Shown in pieces: positions 8,595-17,981 of a stretch of DNA of 38,440 nucleotides. The notes below the pieces were generated by a model. It had not been told where the DNA came from and did not search any database. It was given only the letters and a program-made list of their open reading frames with translations. The position numbers were made by a program, and so were the translations under genes. The stretch comes from a virus. Lineage: Duplodnaviria > Heunggongvirae > Uroviricota > Caudoviricetes. The stretch lies in the IMG/VR virus record IMGVR_UViG_2663762939_000006; one strand, written 5' to 3'. The stretch's first letter is position 1. Every line of letters starts with the position of its first letter.

Positions 8595-9478
8595 CACACA
8601 CTCCTCGTCAGTATTCTGGCGGCCATTGCACTTAATCCCGGAGACATGCGGTTGAATGCTGTGCCGGCGGCGTTAAGCTGCCCGGAAACGGTATCCAGAG
8701 CACCTGCAATATTTCTTTTGTCCACACCACTCAGCGCAGACTGTGCCTGCTGTACATACGTGGCTGCTTCGCTGGCTGTTCTGGCCAGACTGATGGCATC
8801 GGGCATGGATTCAGAGAGTGCGTTAAACGCCGGAACACTTTTCCCCAGAGCCCCGGAGATATTACCCAGTCCGCTCATCAGCCCCGGCACACGGGTCAGT
8901 GCGACAACGGGGTTATCCTTCATTTTCTGTGTCACCCGAACGGCGCTGATAGTGGTCTGGAGTACAGACTGCGCCTGTTTCGCATAGTTGACGCCGTTGC
9001 GGATGAACTGCGCCACCCCTGAAGGCGAAGGAATGGCACCGGAGACCGCCCCGACACCCGGGAGCTTCGTGCGTATTGCCGGTGGTTGCAGAGGATTTTT
9101 CGGGTCACCGGTGTATTCCCGGAGAGACACGGTGGCACTGACAGCCAGCACGTTGCCGGTATTGTCAGTCTGCTCGCTGGTTGCAGTCACATCGGTAATC
9201 ACGAACCAGCCGCGATAGTCACCGTTGCCGAAGACCAGCGCCAGTGCCTGATGGGCTTTCATGGCTGTTCGCAGTCTCGCCAGCTCCACATCGGGTACAC
9301 AATAATGCTGATGGAAAACCAGAGTTATCTGGATTTCGTCCAGCCTGTCGCCGACGAACTGCAGGCCAGGCTTACCCCCGATGCGGGCATGCTCCGCATA
9401 ATCGACGCCGAACGTGGCCTCGAAGCCGTCCCAGTAGGTAATCAGCTCAAACTCAATATCACCCAGTACGGCAAACAT
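8594..9478 (-). CDS. DNA circulation protein (Mu N-like)
   Basis: 294 aa directly downstream of tape measure, overlapping stop/start; position as in Mu. Confidence 0.6.
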   Translation of the reverse strand: MFAVLGDIEFELITYWDGFEATFGVDYAEHARIGGKPGLQFVGDRLDEIQITLVFHQHYCVPDVELARLRTAMKAHQALALVFGNGDYRGWFVITDVTATSEQTDNTGNVLAVSATVSLREYTGDPKNPLQPPAIRTKLPGVGAVSGAIPSPSGVAQFIRNGVNYAKQAQSVLQTTISAVRVTQKMKDNPVVALTRVPGLMSGLGNISGALGKSVPAFNALSESMPDAISLARTASEAATYVQQAQSALSGVDKRNIAGALDTVSGQLNAAGTAFNRMSPGLSAMAARILTRSV

Positions 9479-12400
9479 CAGCGGTACTCCTTACGTTGTT
9501 TCTGAGCCAGCAGACGCTCCAGCATTTTTTCCAGCTCATGCAGACTCATATTCAGGGCACCAGTCAGTCCTGCAGGCGCTGTGGTTTCCCTGCCATTGAG
9601 GAAAAACTGAGGATTAAAGCTGACCTGGATACCACCAGACGTTCCACCGCCGGTTGCAGCTGCACCACGGCCTGAATATCCGGCAGCCATGATTTCAGGC
9701 GAGGGGATACGGGGAACATCCGGTGTCATCTCATTTGCCAGACGTTGCCCTGGTAAAATCGATGCCCGGGTGGAGAGCGGGATAGCGGGCATGGAAGACA
9801 AACTATTGATTACGGCTCCGATCGCATTTTTAGCAGACGACATAAACCCATTGATATCGGGCAACGGCATACTGAAGCGAACACCTGAAGTGTTATCCCG
9901 TATTTCTGGCCCCTGAATGCTCACGGGCATTCTGGGGAGCAGTTCACTGGCCATTCGCTGCCCGGCCAGAGCTGCAAGCGGAGTGGTCCGCTGCAGGCCA
10001 ATGGCGGCCCCCTGCGCGATATTGTCACCAAAGCCCATAAACACGCGGCTCGGCGAATGAATGCCCAGCTTTTCGCTGAACCAGCCACTGATGCTGTCGC
10101 CCATTCCGGTTACACTGGATTTGAGCGACTCCCATTTGTTTTTGATACCGTTAATCAGACCGTCGACAAGATGGCCACCGAAGTCGGTGAACTTTGCCGG
10201 CAGATCAACACCAAGATATTTCAGCGCAGCTGCAAAGGCTTTATAGAGCAGACCTGCCGGCGACCAGTTAATCAGCAGCTTACCAGTTCCCGCGATACCG
10301 CCGTTAAAGGCTTCCTGAATGTCAGCCCAGCACTGTTTAAACCAGCTACTGATGCTGTCACCCATTCCGGTTACACTGGATTTGAGCGACCCCCATTTGT
10401 TTTTGATACCGTTAATCAGACCGTCGATAAGATGGCCACCGAAGTCGGTGAACTTTGCCGGCAGAGCAACGCCGAAATATTTCAGCGCAGCCGCAAAGGC
10501 TTTATAGAGCAGGCCTGCCGGCGACCAGTTAATCAGCAACTTACCAATTCCCACAATGCCGCCGTTAAAGGCTTCCTGAATGTCAGCCCAGCGCTGTTTA
10601 AACCAGCTACTGATGCTGTCACCCATTCCGGTTACACTGGATTTGAGCGACCCCCATTTGCTTTTGATACCGTTAATCAGACCGTCGATAAGATGGCCAC
10701 CGAAGTCGGTGAACTTTGCCGGCAGAGCAACGCCGAAATATTTCAGCGCAGCCGCAAAGGCTTTATAGAGCAGGCCTGCCGGCGACCAGTTAATCAGCAA
10801 CTTACCAATTCCCACAATGCCGCCGTTAAAGGCTTCCTGAATGTCAGCCCAGCGCTGTTTAAACCAACCACTGACAGCCCCCCAGTTGCGGTAGATAAGG
10901 TAAGCTGCTGTCGCGACAGCGGTGATAACGAGACCGATGGGATTCATCATCAGCGCTCGCCCAATCCAGAGAACGGCACGTGCAGCGCTCATAAAACCGC
11001 GAACGAGGCTGCCCGCCAGAACTTTGCTGAGTTTCAGTCCTCCGCTGGTCAGTCGGCTGAATCCAGTGACAAGCCAGCGTAATTTGCCACCTTCTCCGAG
11101 TGCGGTAGTCAGTCGATGCCAGTTGGTCCGGAGTAAAACAGTAGTTTTCCAGACGTTCACAAAGGGGGAAATAAGGAGATTCAGCCCCAGTTTGAGACCA
11201 ACAGTCGCTATCTTAATCGCAAGGAGCGCACTGATGAGCTTAAAAGCCCCACTGACAAATTGCGGGTGAGTCGCTACCCAGTGTTTTGTCCCCTGAATGA
11301 GTGGGAGCAGTTCCTGAGTCAGAGAAATAAAAGATGGAGCTAATTGATCGCCCAGCGTAATTGCCAGATCGCGACTGCTGACCATAAGTGTTTTAGTGGC
11401 TTCAAGGGGAGATTTCAGCCGCTGATCATAAGCACTGGCAAGCAAATCGTTATCCGCAGCCCTGAGAGCACCGGCACGGATCTCTCGATATCTGTCCATG
11501 TTGGCCAGCATCGGGCGGATAAATGCCATGACCTGCATATCCGCGAACATATCGCCCAGACCAAAGTTTTTCGCCAGAGCCTGAAGTGCCTCATCTCTTG
11601 CCGTATCATTCTTTATTTTCATGGCTGATTTGAAGCCGGCCAGCGCTTCGGGGCTTTTGGCATTGAGGTAACGTTCTATAACACTCAACATCCCTTCAAT
11701 CGGAGAGATCCCCGCAGCTTTATAACTCGCAATAGATCCCTGCAAATCAATACCCAGATCAGCAAACTGTTTCTGAGTATCGCGGGCAAAAATTTTGGTA
11801 AGAAAGTTTTTAAAATTATTGGCTGCTTCGTCGGTGGAACCTGCACCGATTTTTGCTATCTGGAGACTGGCCCCGATTTCAGCAACAGCCTCTTTTCCAC
11901 TGGCAAGACCCGCCATCATTGGGGCCAGGGACTGCATCCACTTGACCTGATCCGGGATTTCAAATGACCCCTGGTCACCGGCATAAGCCATAATATTCTG
12001 AACGGCACCAAAATCTCTGGCCGCACCTTTCAGGGAGTTTTGCCAGACTGCGGCCACTTTTGCCCAGTCCTGAGCAGACGTGCGTGTTGCCGTTGCCGCG
12101 CGGGCAATATCCGGCATCAGAAAACCGATATCTGACACATTATCAATATTGTCGCTGATGAGTGAACCCACCGCCTCCTGCAGCTCATCCTGATACTGAT
12201 TGTATTTAAGCGCCCAGCCTTTTATCTGTCCGGCAAGTGCATCCCGCGTTTTATTGTCATATTTTGCGGTGATCGACATATCAATCATTTTGTCCTGAAA
12301 AGACATGGACTGCTGAACGGCAGGGGAAACCGTATGATAAACAGTCTGTGCCATGCCATACGCTTCAATCCCCTGACCATACAGCGCCATGCGGTTAGCT

Positions 12401-12690
12401 TTCAGCGCATCACTGGTAGCGGATGCCGCTGACAGACGGCGCTGCTGGCGCTCAATTTGCTCCATGGTGCGGCTTACCCGCAGCAGCTCGCTGTTGAGAT
12501 GCTGCATCCGGGAAGAACCCAGTTGACCATAACGTTCTGTTGCACGGGTTAAAGCGTTCTGACGTTCCTGCAGGCGGCGTGAGGTATCGCTCAGGGAATC
12601 AAGCGCACGGCGGGTACCGCTCATTGCAGAACGGAATGTGCTGCCAATCATCCCGCCGATAACAACGCCGACTGAAAACTGTCCCGACAT
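9478..12690 (-). CDS. tail tape measure protein
   Basis: 1070 aa, Ala/Gly-rich with predicted coiled-coil and TM-like segments; three internal ~87-aa tandem repeats; follows the chaperone pair. Confidence 0.85.
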   Translation of the reverse strand: MSGQFSVGVVIGGMIGSTFRSAMSGTRRALDSLSDTSRRLQERQNALTRATERYGQLGSSRMQHLNSELLRVSRTMEQIERQQRRLSAASATSDALKANRMALYGQGIEAYGMAQTVYHTVSPAVQQSMSFQDKMIDMSITAKYDNKTRDALAGQIKGWALKYNQYQDELQEAVGSLISDNIDNVSDIGFLMPDIARAATATRTSAQDWAKVAAVWQNSLKGAARDFGAVQNIMAYAGDQGSFEIPDQVKWMQSLAPMMAGLASGKEAVAEIGASLQIAKIGAGSTDEAANNFKNFLTKIFARDTQKQFADLGIDLQGSIASYKAAGISPIEGMLSVIERYLNAKSPEALAGFKSAMKIKNDTARDEALQALAKNFGLGDMFADMQVMAFIRPMLANMDRYREIRAGALRAADNDLLASAYDQRLKSPLEATKTLMVSSRDLAITLGDQLAPSFISLTQELLPLIQGTKHWVATHPQFVSGAFKLISALLAIKIATVGLKLGLNLLISPFVNVWKTTVLLRTNWHRLTTALGEGGKLRWLVTGFSRLTSGGLKLSKVLAGSLVRGFMSAARAVLWIGRALMMNPIGLVITAVATAAYLIYRNWGAVSGWFKQRWADIQEAFNGGIVGIGKLLINWSPAGLLYKAFAAALKYFGVALPAKFTDFGGHLIDGLINGIKSKWGSLKSSVTGMGDSISSWFKQRWADIQEAFNGGIVGIGKLLINWSPAGLLYKAFAAALKYFGVALPAKFTDFGGHLIDGLINGIKNKWGSLKSSVTGMGDSISSWFKQCWADIQEAFNGGIAGTGKLLINWSPAGLLYKAFAAALKYLGVDLPAKFTDFGGHLVDGLINGIKNKWESLKSSVTGMGDSISGWFSEKLGIHSPSRVFMGFGDNIAQGAAIGLQRTTPLAALAGQRMASELLPRMPVSIQGPEIRDNTSGVRFSMPLPDINGFMSSAKNAIGAVINSLSSMPAIPLSTRASILPGQRLANEMTPDVPRIPSPEIMAAGYSGRGAAATGGGTSGGIQVSFNPQFFLNGRETTAPAGLTGALNMSLHELEKMLERLLAQKQRKEYR
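10060..10865. repeat. three tandem ~261-bp in-frame repeats inside the tape measure gene
   Basis: Unit starts at ~10081, 10342 and 10603 (CCAGC[C/T]ACTGATGCTGTC.CCCATTCCGG..); copies 2 and 3 nearly identical, copy 1 slightly diverged; 261-bp period preserves frame. Confidence 0.85.
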
Positions 12691-12765
12691 AGTGGTTAAC
12701 CTCCGGGGAAGGTGAAAAGACGTGAGGGGATAACGCAGAACAGCCGCTACTGGCGGCTGTCTGTA

Positions 12766-12862
12766 CTATGATTTGTCGCCGTACTCGCTTTTGATTTGCT
12801 CTTCAGCCTGCTCCAGCCACATCTCCAGATCGTCAGTATCGAGGGCATCAATCTCCCCCGGC
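12766..12862 (-). other. frameshift extension of the tail assembly chaperone (GT/E'-like long product), in the +1 (= -2) frame
   Basis: Second ORF overlaps the 3' end of the chaperone ORF and extends 82 nt past its stop; G5 run GCC GGG GGA GAT TGA at 12848-12862 is a candidate slip site. Confidence 0.5.
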
Positions 12863-13183
12863 TGAAACCGGAACCATCTCGCCAGCAGCCCCTGCGCCTG
12901 CGTCAGCGCCCTGGTTGCTCTCACCCATCCCCGTGATGAGCTGAAATCGTTTCTGTAACTGCAGGTAATCAGCCAGATCCATATTGTCGAGATCTTCCGG
13001 GAGAAGACCAGTACTGCGGGCAATCAGCGGTTCGTCCCAGTCTGCCGGGTTTTTGCTGATTTTGCGCACCTGCTTCAGGTCTTTTACCGTCAGGCGTTTC
13101 AGTTCAACCAGCTCAATTCTGGTGCCTGCAGCAGTGGTGAAGGGATAAGACAATTTAAAAGTATCGGATGGGGTCTGTGACAT
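12848..13183 (-). CDS. tail assembly chaperone (G/E-like, short product)
   Basis: ATG at 13181-13183 with SD AGGAG; acidic C-terminal part; sits between tube and tape measure. Confidence 0.7.
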   Translation of the reverse strand: MSQTPSDTFKLSYPFTTAAGTRIELVELKRLTVKDLKQVRKISKNPADWDEPLIARSTGLLPEDLDNMDLADYLQLQKRFQLITGMGESNQGADAGAGAAGEMVPVSAGGD

Positions 13184-13280
13184 GATTGTGCTCCTGTGTA
13201 AGTTCAGGGCAGTATGTCGGGAGAAGCGCGTGACGGATATTAAAGGAGATTAAGAAGAAGGGGCCGGAGCCCCTGTGATG

Positions 13281-13562
13281 TCAGCAAGTGCGAAACCCCT
13301 TGCAGTTACGCAGGAAAGCGATGAGAAGCGTCTTTCCCTCAGATTTGCCGATGCCGGAGAACCAGTGGTCGGGAGGCTCCCATGCTTCAATCAAATCCGC
13401 CAGTTTGCGGGCCTTTGAACGTGTGCAGTCAATCGGGTCATTGGTTTTACGGGTATTAAAAAGGGTTTCCACCCCCGGAATATCAAGGAGGGTAAACCAC
13501 GTACCATTTGACATGCCCAGTGCCGCACATCGTCCTCCTTTATCCGTCAGTTCAACACTCAC
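13281..13562 (-). CDS. hypothetical small protein downstream of tail tube
   Basis: 93-aa ORF tightly packed after the tube gene, but an equally long antisense ORF exists; coding status uncertain. Confidence 0.3.
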   Translation of the reverse strand: MSVELTDKGGRCAALGMSNGTWFTLLDIPGVETLFNTRKTNDPIDCTRSKARKLADLIEAWEPPDHWFSGIGKSEGKTLLIAFLRNCKGFRTC

Positions 13563-13564
13563 CG

Positions 13565-14086
13565 TCAGCCCCCGATATTGATACGGTAGTCAGTCAGTTG
13601 ATCAACACCGCCGACCCGGAAGATGTTGGCCAGATAGTCCAGTTGCAGCAGCTCTTCACCATCCAGTACCTGTCTGATATACGTGCAGGTGAAGCTACTG
13701 GAGAACTCGGCGTTCTCGTGCTGTTTGAACGTCCCCAGCGGGTTCTTCTTGAACATAATCGTCAGGAAGGTGACCAGCGGGATTTCGTCAATCAGCCCCT
13801 GCGAGCTGTAGCGCTGGACGCTGGAACGACACTGCAGTGCCAGCGACCTGTACGGGTTCGCGGCAGACAGCATCGCATCGCGGTAAAAGCTGTTCCATTT
13901 GATTTCGCCTTCCAGCTTGTCAAAACCAGCCGGGAGTTCCACCTTACCCACCATCCCCAGCGCCTTGTGTTCCTGCATAATCATGGAGACATCGGGGAGT
14001 TTGACTTCCTCAGCCCGTCCCAGCAGGTTAGTACCATCCAGATAGATGTTGGCATTCGTGATGCGGTTTATCTCAATCTTTGACAT
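13565..14086 (-). CDS. tail tube protein (Mu M-like)
   Basis: 173 aa immediately downstream of sheath, overlapping stop/start; conserved sheath-tube order. Confidence 0.75.
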   Translation of the reverse strand: MSKIEINRITNANIYLDGTNLLGRAEEVKLPDVSMIMQEHKALGMVGKVELPAGFDKLEGEIKWNSFYRDAMLSAANPYRSLALQCRSSVQRYSSQGLIDEIPLVTFLTIMFKKNPLGTFKQHENAEFSSSFTCTYIRQVLDGEELLQLDYLANIFRVGGVDQLTDYRINIGG

Positions 14087-15513
14087 CAGTTGCCCCCTTT
14101 CAGGGTTAACAGGTATTCCGAGGTGATCTCAGTCTCAAACGTCAGTCGCTCCAGCGGCGGTGGTGGCGTATATTTGTAGCTCAGCAACAGGTGCCCGGCG
14201 GCCAGCTCCGTCTCCGGATTGCGGGCCGGATCAAACCAGCAACGGAAGCCCAGTACCGCACCATCACCAGTCATTTTGCGACCGTAGGCGTTGACCGACT
14301 CCGTCAGTGCATCAATCAGCGCCTGAGTAATCGGCATGTCGATGTACTGCTGGCTGAAATAACGAATGGACTCGTTGATCACATCACCGGTGCGGCGAAC
14401 GTTCTCAAAGTTACGCATATGGGTGACCGTTGGCCATGCTGCCGTCCGGTTACCCCACAGACGAAGGCCGCTGCCGTAACTGCTGAATACCGTGGTGATC
14501 CCCTGTTCGTTAAGCAGGTTCACCTCACTCTGCGGGTCATCAATCATCGCGGACAGCTGGCGCTCCACGCCGGTGATCCCCAGAATCTCCTGATTGGAGG
14601 ATGACCACCAGTAGCCCTTGTCCAGATCGACTCTGGCACGCAGACCTGCTGCACGCTGGCTGAGCGGCTCCAGACGCTCTGTGTTTGTCACCGGGTCATA
14701 TACCTTCACATGCGGATAGCACAGACGGACGCGGTCGGAGCTGGTATTGAAGTTGATGGTGCCTTCCGGGCCACGACCTGCCAGAGCCTGTGCAAAGGTG
14801 GTACCGACAGGCGCATCAATGTAGGTTATCGCGCCCAGCTTCTCTGCCATGGCGATAAGCTCAACTGCGACACTCTTCTGGGTGCAGAACACCGGCGCAA
14901 TCAGAATTTTGGCGAAATAGCCGTACAGGTTGAAGCTGTCGTTAAGCAGCTTCATGCCGGTTCGGTTTCCGGCGCTGTTCACCCCGCCGATGATGTCCGC
15001 CGCAGTCACCTTCGACGGGTCCGCGTACTCATAGCTCACCTTCACGCTGCCACCGGCCTCAATAGCCTTGCCCAGGTTCGTGAGCACACCCGCCTGCGCA
15101 TCAACACGGTAGTCCGTGTTCGCCGTGTGGGTGGTGCTGCCTTCACTGTTTTTCACCACCACATTAGCGACAACCGGATGCGCCAGTCTGGCCTGCCCTG
15201 TCGATTTGTCAAAGGTAACCACCTCATCCTCGATCGCCGTTTTATGTTTCGCCGGGTCGAGGACGTTAATGACCAGAACGGTGCCTGCACCATGGTCATA
15301 AATCGCATCCAGCGCCTGCGGAATGGTAAAGCCGGTGAACTGGCTGCCAAATGCCGCTGCGTCTTTCTCAGACAGGCACTGTACCAGCGTATTGACATCC
15401 CCCATCGGGGCGGTACCAATCAGGCCAATAACGGCAGATTTCACCGTTTTAACCGGGCGGGCTCCGTTTTCCACCTCAATGGTTTCGGGACCATGCAGAT
15501 AGTTAGCTGCCAT
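14086..15513 (-). CDS. contractile tail sheath protein (Mu L-like)
   Basis: 475 aa; size, position and sequence character typical of myovirus sheath. Confidence 0.8.
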   Translation of the reverse strand: MAANYLHGPETIEVENGARPVKTVKSAVIGLIGTAPMGDVNTLVQCLSEKDAAAFGSQFTGFTIPQALDAIYDHGAGTVLVINVLDPAKHKTAIEDEVVTFDKSTGQARLAHPVVANVVVKNSEGSTTHTANTDYRVDAQAGVLTNLGKAIEAGGSVKVSYEYADPSKVTAADIIGGVNSAGNRTGMKLLNDSFNLYGYFAKILIAPVFCTQKSVAVELIAMAEKLGAITYIDAPVGTTFAQALAGRGPEGTINFNTSSDRVRLCYPHVKVYDPVTNTERLEPLSQRAAGLRARVDLDKGYWWSSSNQEILGITGVERQLSAMIDDPQSEVNLLNEQGITTVFSSYGSGLRLWGNRTAAWPTVTHMRNFENVRRTGDVINESIRYFSQQYIDMPITQALIDALTESVNAYGRKMTGDGAVLGFRCWFDPARNPETELAAGHLLLSYKYTPPPPLERLTFETEITSEYLLTLKGGN

Positions 15514-15754
15514 GGGCGTCCTCCGTTTTCACTTCGCTGTCACTGCTGCTTCTGCGCTTTGGTGACTGCACAGCCGGTGTGACGGCGGGTTTAGTATCTT
15601 CTGGTTCCGGCGTCAGATGCTTCAGCGCCACCAGTACCTTCACGTAGTCATGCTCCTCCGGCAGGGAAACCGTCTTCCCCGGCCAGAGCAGGATTTCGGT
15701 TCCGTCCGACAGCGTGACGCCGCTGGCCGGGCCGGAATAGCGGTATTCTTTCAT
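15503..15754 (-). CDS. hypothetical virion/assembly protein (Mu gp38-like position)
   Basis: Small ORF coupled to neighbours (ATG at 15752-15754 overlapping upstream stop). Confidence 0.5.
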   Translation of the reverse strand: MKEYRYSGPASGVTLSDGTEILLWPGKTVSLPEEHDYVKVLVALKHLTPEPEDTKPAVTPAVQSPKRRSSSDSEVKTEDAHGS

Positions 15755-16218
15755 CACTCGCTTTCCTCATAGTTCACTTCGGTTAACAGCGGGCCGGACG
15801 GTAAATCGCTGTCTTCGATAAAGATGCTTTCAGTCGCGAAGTCGAGGGCGTATTGCCACAGCCCCCTGACTTCACCGATAAACACCTCGCGGGTCAGCCA
15901 GATACGGCAGCGGCACCCGGGCGGGGTGTGGCCACCGAGAATGCGGCGGACAGCATCCAGGACATTAATCGCCCCTTTTTTACCGTTGAGCTGGCGGAAG
16001 ACCACCGTGACGCAGAGCTGGATAGTCTGAGACTGGATCACCGCACCGGTATCATCCGGCCTGTCAAAGCGCGAACCGGCATAGCTCAGCAGCAACGCGC
16101 CAACCGGATGGTTCAGGCGATATTCAGCCGGTTTCTCCGGGAAGTACTCCACCTGCAGTTGCGGCAGCTTCTCGCGTAACCGGGCCAGCACCGCATCAAG
16201 GACGGGCAGAACGTTCAT
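15754..16218 (-). CDS. head-tail joining/tail completion-like protein (Mu gp37-like position)
   Basis: 154 aa, translationally coupled in the head-tail connector region. Confidence 0.5.
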   Translation of the reverse strand: MNVLPVLDAVLARLREKLPQLQVEYFPEKPAEYRLNHPVGALLLSYAGSRFDRPDDTGAVIQSQTIQLCVTVVFRQLNGKKGAINVLDAVRRILGGHTPPGCRCRIWLTREVFIGEVRGLWQYALDFATESIFIEDSDLPSGPLLTEVNYEESE

Positions 16219-16664
16219 CAGTATTTCTCCAGTAAACCGTCACGACCGCCGAAAGTGGCCGGGCGACTGCGTACACGAAACTCGCCAGGCTCAGGCACAT
16301 CTTTCTGAGTGGACGGCAGCCCCAGCGTGAGCCTGTTATCACGTAACTCCCTGAGTTGCCGCAGCGCTTCTTTGTGGTCATCCTTCACCGTATCCGGGAG
16401 GTCACCTTCCGGGCGGCGGGCGTAGAGCCGGTAACGGACCAGCGTGATGGCAATGTCCCGCAGAACAGTCGGTATCTCTGCCAGTGGCAGGATATAGCGT
16501 CCGCGCAGATGGGCATCAATCAGCTCGTCGGCATAGCGGATACAGCTGTCCACCACACGGGTATTCACTGTTGCAGGCGAGTCGAAGTCCATCTCTTCAC
16601 TGGTGAGTTCGATAAGCGTCCGCTCCGGCACCTGCGCAAGCAAATCCTCCAGGGTGCAGTACAT
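16218..16664 (-). CDS. head-tail connector-region protein (Mu gp36-like)
   Basis: ATG at 16662-16664 two nt after upstream stop; the longer 202-aa ORF would overlap the preceding gene by 160 nt. Confidence 0.5.
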   Translation of the reverse strand: MYCTLEDLLAQVPERTLIELTSEEMDFDSPATVNTRVVDSCIRYADELIDAHLRGRYILPLAEIPTVLRDIAITLVRYRLYARRPEGDLPDTVKDDHKEALRQLRELRDNRLTLGLPSTQKDVPEPGEFRVRSRPATFGGRDGLLEKY

Positions 16665-16665
16665 G

Positions 16666-17004
16666 TCACACCCCGCGCAGGATACGAATGACGTCGCCTT
16701 CACCCCCGGCTTCATCAAGTGCAATACCACAGGATTTACCGTCGCCGGACTGCGGCACGGCTCTGGCCTGAGCATCTGACTGAACAGCCACACCACGGCT
16801 GACAGCGGCCCCGGCCTCGACAGCAATAATGCCCAGAACGCTCACCGGCGTGCTGTCGCCGGTAACAGCATCCACTTCGGCAACCCCGAGCGCTGCGGCA
16901 CCGGCTTTACAGGGGGTATTATCTGCCCCGACAAAACGCTGCTGTGCCAGTGCTGCCCCTGCCGTTACGGTTGTGATCAGAATGACCTGCTGAGTGGTTC
17001 CCAT
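16666..17004 (-). CDS. small Ala/Gly/Val-rich virion protein (Mu gp35-like position)
   Basis: ATG at 17002-17004 with strong SD AAGGAG; directly after major head gene. Confidence 0.5.
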   Translation of the reverse strand: MGTTQQVILITTVTAGAALAQQRFVGADNTPCKAGAAALGVAEVDAVTGDSTPVSVLGIIAVEAGAAVSRGVAVQSDAQARAVPQSGDGKSCGIALDEAGGEGDVIRILRGV

Positions 17005-17013
17005 AACGCCTCC

Positions 17014-17967
17014 TTATTTACTGATACCGGTAATGAGATACCCGGCATCGCCACCAACCACGGCGACTTTGTAGATATCGGTATAACGGCAGTACTTCAC
17101 CTTGCCACCGGCTCCGTCGTATTTGTCGGCAACAGGCATCCCCTTACGACGCAGGGTGTAGCCGAAGGACGGCTCGTTCTCGTCCGCGCTGTCCGCCCCC
17201 GGCTGCGGTTTGCCGACATAGTGCAGCATCAGATTGTCTCCCCAGATATCCGCCGGCACGCTGTTCTTATCCATTGCCGCTTTCATGGACGGCAGGGAGA
17301 CTGGGGCACCGATGACGATCTCTTCGATCTGAAAGAGGTCCTGCAGGATTTCTGTGGTGATGCGCTTGCGTTCGTTGGCTCCGATGGCGGCCTGAATCGC
17401 CGGGTGGAACTTCAGCAGCGCCATCACGCCGGCCCCCATGGTCATCAGGTTAGGACGCAGCCCCGTGGCCGTACGGACCGCTTCCATACCGGCTTCAATC
17501 ACCCCGATGGGGTCCCCCTTACCACCGGCCCAGCGATCACTGGCTGTCAGTTTTTTGACGTGCCCGGTACGGTAGACCTTTTCATCCTGAGCCAGACGGG
17601 CAGCGATAAGTTCACGGCGCAGGTTCACGCCATTCGTGGCGCGACGGATGGCCTTGCTCTCTTCGTTAAACATGGACTCCGCCTGCTCGCGATAGTCCAC
17701 CGGCGCAGCCAGATCGTGTTCACCCAGCACCAGGTCCAGCGTGCCTGTTTTTTCACGGACCAGAACATTGCTGTCCGTCCCGACGGCACGCTCGGTGTCA
17801 TATTCCACAAAGGCGGTTTTCCCGAAGGTCGGTACACGCACGCCTTCCTTGTCCGTCAGCACGACGGGGAAAATACGTTCGCCGATGAATGCGGCATTTT
17901 TATAGCCACGGGCGATACTGGTCAGTACCGGATCAACGACACGTTTACCTTTTAAGTAATCAGACAT
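17014..17967 (-). CDS. major head subunit (Mu T-like)
   Basis: 317 aa; strong SD AAGGAG; follows protease/scaffold gene as in Mu. Confidence 0.8.
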   Translation of the reverse strand: MSDYLKGKRVVDPVLTSIARGYKNAAFIGERIFPVVLTDKEGVRVPTFGKTAFVEYDTERAVGTDSNVLVREKTGTLDLVLGEHDLAAPVDYREQAESMFNEESKAIRRATNGVNLRRELIAARLAQDEKVYRTGHVKKLTASDRWAGGKGDPIGVIEAGMEAVRTATGLRPNLMTMGAGVMALLKFHPAIQAAIGANERKRITTEILQDLFQIEEIVIGAPVSLPSMKAAMDKNSVPADIWGDNLMLHYVGKPQPGADSADENEPSFGYTLRRKGMPVADKYDGAGGKVKYCRYTDIYKVAVVGGDAGYLITGISK

Positions 17968-17981
17968 GCTCTCTCCTTAAA

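Noticed and set aside
10057-11082. Regularly spaced ~261-bp repeats that could be mistaken for a CRISPR-like array, plus plus-strand ORFs with repeated peptides
   Set aside because: The repeats are long, in-frame and lie inside the minus-strand tape measure gene; there are no short direct repeats with unique spacers. The plus-strand ORFs are antisense shadows.
13258-13274. GGGGCCGGAGCCCC palindrome between the 93-aa ORF and the tail chaperone as an intra-operon terminator
   Set aside because: Short stem with only a weak T-rich tail on the minus strand; a terminator here would cut off tape measure and baseplate genes, so at most an attenuator. Not reported as a feature.
14710-15582. 290-aa plus-strand ORF
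   Set aside because: Antisense to the tail sheath gene; Arg/His-rich low-complexity translation.
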